From a virus (lineage: Duplodnaviria > Caudoviricetes), in the IMG/VR virus record IMGVR_UViG_3300046313_000435, positions 1-51,616 of that record: a stretch of DNA of 51,616 nt; one strand, written 5' to 3'. Shown one piece after another: positions 46,089 to 51,616 of this stretch. The stretch's first letter is position 1; each line of letters begins with the position of its first letter. The notes below the pieces were generated by a model, which worked only from the letters and a program-made list of their open reading frames with translations, was not told where the DNA came from and did no database searches. The position numbers were made by a program, and so were the translations under genes.

Positions 46089-47444
46089 TTACGCACGAGT
46101 TGCAAGTGCTACATACGACCCAAGAGTGTCAGAACCCTTGAACGGTGTGAGAACACTGCGCTCTGCTGGCTGTCCATCTGCCCGGTAAACAAACCGGAAA
46201 GCCGTCTCGCTCTTCTCGAACGCTACGTGGATGGACTGAGCTGCTTTGACTCCACCCTTATCGATCCAGAGGTACTTCTTAGGATTGATAAGCATGATAT
46301 CGCCAACAGTTCCGAGGGCCGCACACTGCTCTAGTGCAAATGCTGGGACACCAAGGATTGTGCTTACTGGTACTGAGCCAGCAACAGAACCCGTGATACC
46401 ACCCGGCAGGAACACTGGGTATGTGTTAGAACCAACAGTCAGAGAGAGGGTCATGAGTGCTGACTTAACGCCGGCATTGTAAACCCAAACTGCTGAACCC
46501 ATATCCTCTTCGTGCAAGCGAGCAAACATCTTGGCAAGGTTGATTGCATTAAGAGTTGCAGCAGCCTGCCCCGCCTCTTTTGCTACCGAAACCAAGCCAG
46601 TTGCGTGCTGAAGAATACCGAGGGGCATTCCTGCTCCAGTTCCGTTGATTACAGCATCGTCAATCTTGAACCCGAACTCACGACCGAACGCACGAGTGAT
46701 GAAGGCTTCCATTACTGGAGCATCTTCAATCAGTTCGTCTGTTAGGAAGCAAAGCCCTGTGAGCTTCTTAAGCTTCAACTCAATCTTACTGAGTTTTGAC
46801 TTGCTCTTTGTGTAGGTATCAGCCTCACCTTCCCAATATGCCTGAATACCACCAGCACGAGAACCATCAGCACGAGAGGATTCGTCAACACTTGGGAAAG
46901 ATATCCCGTTTGACTGAGAAGTGATGCCGTATCGATCAACTCGACCAGCCAACTTCCCTGTCTCGTATGCTTTCTCAAGAAGAACGTTCGACCCGTCCTG
47001 CTGAATCAAGTATCCGCCCTCAGCCATGATGGACTCTTGGAGTCCGGTAGCTGCACGCATAATCTTGTTCGACAGTTCGAGCTTCTGAGCAACATCAGAG
47101 TTACGAAGTGTCATTGGCTCAACTGCAACACGCTTAACGGCCATGAGCTGCTCGCCCAAAGAACCCCAAACTTTGCAGTTACCGTTCTCATCTTCGCCCT
47201 CAGAGCGAGTAACTTCAGTGTGAAGTGCCTTCTTAGTAGGCTTAACTCTCTCTTGGTTCTCTTTAGCGAGCTTCTCAGCACGAGCGATGCTTCGCTTTAC
47301 TGTCTCAAGCTCTACTTCAAGAGTATCGAAATCCTTTGCTTCATCCTCAGAAACATTACGCTTCTCTTTCTTTGCGAGGTCTGAAATCGCGTTCATGCGC
47401 TCCAGAATCTCGCTATATCTTGATTGCAACAGTTCTAAATCCAC
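46089..47444 (-). CDS. HK97-fold major capsid protein
   Basis: Coiled delta domain, EGGYLI, WEGE, TDELIED, DAVINGTGAGMPLGI. Confidence 0.92.
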   Translation of the reverse strand: MDLELLQSRYSEILERMNAISDLAKKEKRNVSEDEAKDFDTLEVELETVKRSIARAEKLAKENQERVKPTKKALHTEVTRSEGEDENGNCKVWGSLGEQLMAVKRVAVEPMTLRNSDVAQKLELSNKIMRAATGLQESIMAEGGYLIQQDGSNVLLEKAYETGKLAGRVDRYGITSQSNGISFPSVDESSRADGSRAGGIQAYWEGEADTYTKSKSKLSKIELKLKKLTGLCFLTDELIEDAPVMEAFITRAFGREFGFKIDDAVINGTGAGMPLGILQHATGLVSVAKEAGQAAATLNAINLAKMFARLHEEDMGSAVWVYNAGVKSALMTLSLTVGSNTYPVFLPGGITGSVAGSVPVSTILGVPAFALEQCAALGTVGDIMLINPKKYLWIDKGGVKAAQSIHVAFEKSETAFRFVYRADGQPAERSVLTPFKGSDTLGSYVALATRA

Positions 47445-47627
47445 AAATCCCCACGTATTATGCTAGACAATGCCATCCTTTCTCGGAAAGCAATAAATAC
47501 AACGCTTCTATGTCGTTTGATTAGTAACGATGGACGGCCATCGGGCCGCTGGAACGATACGAAGTAGGGCGTGGTTAGTTCGATGGAACTTCCGGGCGCT
47601 CTACCGCCTAAAAATAGAGTGCATCAG

Positions 47628-48260
47628 TTAGCGTTGAGCACGCAAGCACCGAACTTTAAGTTCGAAGATGCTAGGGTCATAAGAGATGACGATTGGAGCA
47701 TCGGGCTCCTTGGCTTTTTCCCACTCTGAGCGGGCAAGCTTGTGCGATTCTTCGGCGGAACGAAGTCCGACTGATGTTTCTGAATAAGCCGGGAATAAAA
47801 CCGGACCACATTCATGCAGAACTATCTCAGTGATGACCCTTCGGTCCATCTCGCTTGCATCTTTTGCAAACGACCACTCTTGTTTTCGAATCTCGAACAT
47901 GAATGACTGGCCTTGAACGTCGCCACGCCGAATGTACTCGACAACATCGCGACCGACTTGAGTATCTGGAGGCTCAACCTCCATCCAAAGACCTTTTTCG
48001 TCTTCAGTCACTCGTAGAGTCCCGCCAGAGGTAGACCCGAGAACATAGTTAGGATCGTGATTGAACAGAGAAACAACACGCTGATTGGAATCAAGAGAAC
48101 TTTTGAAAGCACCGCGAGCAATGGATTCCATGAACCATCCCCCGATGTTGGCTTCGACATCAAATAGAGCAGCGTATCCCTGAATGACGGGGGCTTTGTC
48201 TTCTCTGGCTTCGAGCTTAACGCTCTCGGTTATAGTTCTTCGCTCAACTTGCTGTTTCAT
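47628..48260 (-). CDS. HK97-family prohead protease
   Basis: GYAALF, E.IARGAF, FNHD, GQSFMF, PAY. Confidence 0.92.
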   Translation of the reverse strand: MKQQVERRTITESVKLEAREDKAPVIQGYAALFDVEANIGGWFMESIARGAFKSSLDSNQRVVSLFNHDPNYVLGSTSGGTLRVTEDEKGLWMEVEPPDTQVGRDVVEYIRRGDVQGQSFMFEIRKQEWSFAKDASEMDRRVITEIVLHECGPVLFPAYSETSVGLRSAEESHKLARSEWEKAKEPDAPIVISYDPSIFELKVRCLRAQR

Positions 48261-48267
48261 GCTCTCC

Positions 48268-49881
48268 CTAACTATAGCTCAAGACCCTCTCGGTCCAACA
48301 CCCGCCAATTTTGCCCTCATCCCTCTCGTACCCAAGGGCCGGATCTTTCATCCACTTCTCAACGCCCGCTCGAATCTCAGAAACGTACTGCTCGATGGGC
48401 TCTTTAATATCCCCGCCCACACCAGCGAGCTGGGTGTATCCGCTAAATATTTCAGAGAGGCATCCTTCCGCAAAACTTCGATGCTCATTGATGAACTCTT
48501 CGAACCAAGACCTGAATTCTTCACTGGTTTTTTTCTTCGCTGCACTCTTTATAGCTCCCGCCTCTTTGCGAATCACACGGGTCCAAGCTTCTTTGAGCGG
48601 GCCACGGAACGCTGCCCTAACTTTGTCATCTTCCTCGGTATCGTCCTCAACTTCGGGCTCTACTTTCACGGGCTCCTGTCCCTCTTGCCCCGCCGGCACC
48701 ATGTTGAGCGGCGAAAGGTAGACATCACCCTCCGGCCCGATAGGATTCATGTTCTCTTTGGCTCTAATATCGTTAGCAGAGAGCCATCCCCACTGCCTGC
48801 CGGCTGTATAAGCCTGAGATCGGGCTGTCATATCGCCTCTTAGTAGGCCATCGAGTAGGAATTCTGCGAAGAATTCACGGTCATCACCATCAAAAAAGTC
48901 CCTTGTTATGGCGTCTTCCCACATTCTGAACCAAGGAAGGAGGCAATAAGTGACGAATTCTTGGCCCTGCTGCTCGATATTTGAGAACGAAGACTTGGTT
49001 AAATCAGCCAACATATGGGGCGGAACGCGGTAAATTCGGGCTATTTCCTCAATTTGGAAGCGTCTTTGCTCTAAAAACTGGGCATCTGCCTGCGGAATAC
49101 CCATCGGCTTCCACTTCAATCCGGCTTCCAGTACCGCTACTTTCTTCCCGCGATTCACTCCGCCGTGGAGCTCCTGCCAGGAGTTGCGTAAATTCGCCCT
49201 TGCCTCTTGCGACATCTCGCCCGACTCGTACTCCAGCACGCCAGCAGGAAAAGCCCCGCCTTCGAAGAAGTTAGTACCGAAACTCTCTAAGCTGAGCCCC
49301 ATTTGTATCGCTTGCTTCGCTGCCGAGATAGGACTCAAGCCTTCGAGCCCCGAATCACGATAACCTCTGAGGTGGAACACGTCTTCAGGCGCTAAAACAG
49401 CCTCGCCCCCGCCTTTTATTCGAACCTTATAGACCAAGCCCGCTTCTGTAAGGTCAGGCTTCACTCTTGATGGGTGCAGCGGATGCAACTCGAGCACCTC
49501 GCCCGCCTTGTTTCTTAAAATCTGAGCGTACGCATTGCCCCAAAGTAGCACGTGAGCCATGAGCATCTGACGAAACTCAACGCCCGACGTCTTCATGTTG
49601 TTGGGCTTGGTTCTCAAAACCTTAAAGAGAGGTAGGTTCGATGCTTTTTTCTTCTCTCTCTCGCCCACTCTTTGGTAAATGTTGAGCGGTACCGACGCCA
49701 CGGTCTCTGAAATAATCTTTACGCAAGCAAAAATCGCGCTGAAAGCTAGTGCGGATTCAGGAGTAACAGGCACTTGGTCGCCAAGATAGACGTATGACCC
49801 GCCTGAGAATGCGCTATCGTTAGTTACGGCAACGCTTCGTTTGGTTGCTGTGAATGGAAGAGTTATCCCGAAGAGCTTCAT
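48268..49881 (-). CDS. HK97-family portal protein with C-terminal extension
   Basis: ACVKIISETVASVPL, LWGNAY, FHLR, GLSPI, EIARIYRVPP, SNIEQQ. Confidence 0.93.
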   Translation of the reverse strand: MKLFGITLPFTATKRSVAVTNDSAFSGGSYVYLGDQVPVTPESALAFSAIFACVKIISETVASVPLNIYQRVGEREKKKASNLPLFKVLRTKPNNMKTSGVEFRQMLMAHVLLWGNAYAQILRNKAGEVLELHPLHPSRVKPDLTEAGLVYKVRIKGGGEAVLAPEDVFHLRGYRDSGLEGLSPISAAKQAIQMGLSLESFGTNFFEGGAFPAGVLEYESGEMSQEARANLRNSWQELHGGVNRGKKVAVLEAGLKWKPMGIPQADAQFLEQRRFQIEEIARIYRVPPHMLADLTKSSFSNIEQQGQEFVTYCLLPWFRMWEDAITRDFFDGDDREFFAEFLLDGLLRGDMTARSQAYTAGRQWGWLSANDIRAKENMNPIGPEGDVYLSPLNMVPAGQEGQEPVKVEPEVEDDTEEDDKVRAAFRGPLKEAWTRVIRKEAGAIKSAAKKKTSEEFRSWFEEFINEHRSFAEGCLSEIFSGYTQLAGVGGDIKEPIEQYVSEIRAGVEKWMKDPALGYERDEGKIGGCWTERVLSYS

Positions 49882-49944
49882 CCAGGGTTTTCGAAAATTA
49901 GGCTGTCAATCGTAAGCTTGCCACAAAAGATGGTGGCTCGATAC

Positions 49945-51616
49945 CTATAACACCGTGAGACCACGGGACTCGTAGGGGTTGACCACGTTTAGCCGAAGAG
50001 TTGCTCTACCAATTCCCATAATCATCGCCACCACTCCATCAATTCGTTCTGCGCTCTTCTCTTTATCGGCCTTGACGTTTCCTGCCGGGTCCGATTTGAC
50101 AGAAACGTTGTCGAACATCCACTTCAACACGGGGTTGCCATCATGCCTGAGCTTGGCACTCATAACTAAAGCCTCTGTTGCCTTCATGGGGGCTGAGAAA
50201 CTTGCAAAACCTTGCCGCACTTCCATCACCTTGAGTCCGTCCTCCTCTTGTAGTTGCTGCAAGAGCTGAGTCGCATTCCACGGGTCGGCTGCAATCTCTC
50301 TAATCTTGTAAACTTTTGAGAGTTGATTGATCTTTTCTCGTAGAAACCGATAGTCAATCACGTTGCCAGGTGTTGCCTCGATGAAGTTCTGAGATATCCA
50401 AAGAGGATAAGGCACCCGGTCCCTACGAGCCCTTAGTTCTGCGTTCTCTTTAGGGACCCAGAAGAACGGAAGCACTCTATAACAATCATTCTCCCACGGG
50501 AAAACGAGCACAAACGCTGATAAGTCGGTAGTTGTAGAGAGATCTAGGCCCGCATAGCACTCTTTTCCGTACAGTTCCGAGGGGTCGAAGTCCTCTTTGC
50601 AAGCGTCCCACCGCTCAACTGGTATCCATTTTGAGCGGCTATTACACCAAATATTGAGGCGTTTTGTCTTAAAATTGTTCTGTGCAGCGGGTATTTCCTT
50701 CGCTTTATTAGCAAGATCTCGCAGTTCTTCTATGTTTACTGACACCCCGAGGTTCGGATTGCTCTTAATCCATAAGGATTCATCGAGCCAGTTATCACCT
50801 TCGTCTTGTGTGTAGATCAGCGGGAAGTATGCATCATCATCCCTGATACCTTTTAGTACCTGCTCGCCGTGGTGTCTGAACTCTAGGGCGATAGAGTCAC
50901 TAGTGTTGATACCGGCAGTGGTAATCATCCACATCATGGGCTGCTCGCGGGCTCCCATACCTGTCTCGATAACGTCAACCACACCACGATTGCGATGGGC
51001 ATGAACTTCATCGATCAAGCCGGCTGAAGGCGAGAGACCATCGAGTGTGTTGAAGTCTGCCGATAGGGGTTCAAACTTTGAGAAGCTATCAGGCACGGAT
51101 AGGTTGTTGCGAAACGCCTGCACCATACGCGAGAGAAAGGGGGAGGTCTTAACCATCCTCTCTGCTGCGGTATGAATTATCTTCGCTTGGTCTCTAGTTG
51201 TTGCAGCGCTGTAGACCTGAGCACCGGCCTCGCCATCAGCGATTAGAAAGTAAAGCCCGAGGCCAGCAGTCCAACTTGATTTTCCATTTTTTCGGGCCAC
51301 CTCAATGTAGGCTCTTCTGAATCGCCTGACATGAGTATCTTTTCGCTTCCACCCGAACGGAACCCAGAGTGCAAACTGTTGCCAGTCCTCAAGCTCTATC
51401 TTTTGCCCAGCCCACTTACCCTCGATGTGGTTGCAGAACTGAAAGAAGTCGATAACCCTTTGAGCTGCATCAGAGTCGAAGTAATACGAGAAGTCTTCGT
51501 TCGCAAGATCGCGAACATGCCGCTCAACCGCTAGGCGAACAAACTCACAGACGAGAATCCGACCGCCAATGACATCATCAATGTATCGCTCTGCCGGATG
51601 GCGTTTATTTTTTGCC
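49945..51616 (-). CDS. terL: terminase large subunit (start codon cut by the window edge)
   Basis: The frame is open to the window end (AKNKRHPAERYIDDV...); VARKNGKS, LIDEVH, ITTAG, GLDLS, ADPWNA, RIDGVVA. Confidence 0.93.
   Translation of the reverse strand, partial: AKNKRHPAERYIDDVIGGRILVCEFVRLAVERHVRDLANEDFSYYFDSDAAQRVIDFFQFCNHIEGKWAGQKIELEDWQQFALWVPFGWKRKDTHVRRFRRAYIEVARKNGKSSWTAGLGLYFLIADGEAGAQVYSAATTRDQAKIIHTAAERMVKTSPFLSRMVQAFRNNLSVPDSFSKFEPLSADFNTLDGLSPSAGLIDEVHAHRNRGVVDVIETGMGAREQPMMWMITTAGINTSDSIALEFRHHGEQVLKGIRDDDAYFPLIYTQDEGDNWLDESLWIKSNPNLGVSVNIEELRDLANKAKEIPAAQNNFKTKRLNIWCNSRSKWIPVERWDACKEDFDPSELYGKECYAGLDLSTTTDLSAFVLVFPWENDCYRVLPFFWVPKENAELRARRDRVPYPLWISQNFIEATPGNVIDYRFLREKINQLSKVYKIREIAADPWNATQLLQQLQEEDGLKVMEVRQGFASFSAPMKATEALVMSAKLRHDGNPVLKWMFDNVSVKSDPAGNVKADKEKSAERIDGVVAMIMGIGRATLRLNVVNPYESRGLTVL

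Noticed and set aside
49945-51300. terL starting at MARKNGKS as in the ORF track
   Set aside because: That GTG is inside the Walker A region; the frame continues to the window end.
1-51616. CRISPR array, DGR/reverse transcriptase or recoded stop codons
   Set aside because: I saw no regularly spaced repeats, no RT motifs and no TR/VR pair, and the core genes are intact in the standard code.

Overview
The window is most of a temperate HK97-type siphovirus genome, truncated at both ends: inside a RepB-type primase/helicase on the left and at the first codon of terL on the right. 1-14.1 kb is the early region. It holds two Cro-like HTH genes at overlapping divergent promoters, a Sak4-like AAA ATPase, a DUF669 SSB, an SF2 helicase, a promoter-driven cluster of non-canonical tRNA-like RNAs and many small ORFs (RadC/JAB, a frameshifted LPD29-like gene, paralog pairs). 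14.1-21.8 kb (minus strand) carries a metallophosphoesterase, an HExxH peptidase, an attP-like site (3' half of tRNA-Asn between 23-bp arm repeats), a tyrosine integrase and an excisionase-like HTH. Unexpectedly for a tailed phage, it also carries a TrwB-like coupling protein and a TrwC/MOBF-like relaxase with an oriT-like hairpin cluster. 21.8-51.6 kb (minus strand) is the late operon: terminase, portal, protease, capsid, head-tail genes, two paralogous tail tube genes, frameshifting tail chaperones, tape measure, tail tip and fibres, a GIY-YIG endonuclease, lysozyme/holin and a lytic transglycosylase. All assignments come from motif recognition by eye; no searches were run.
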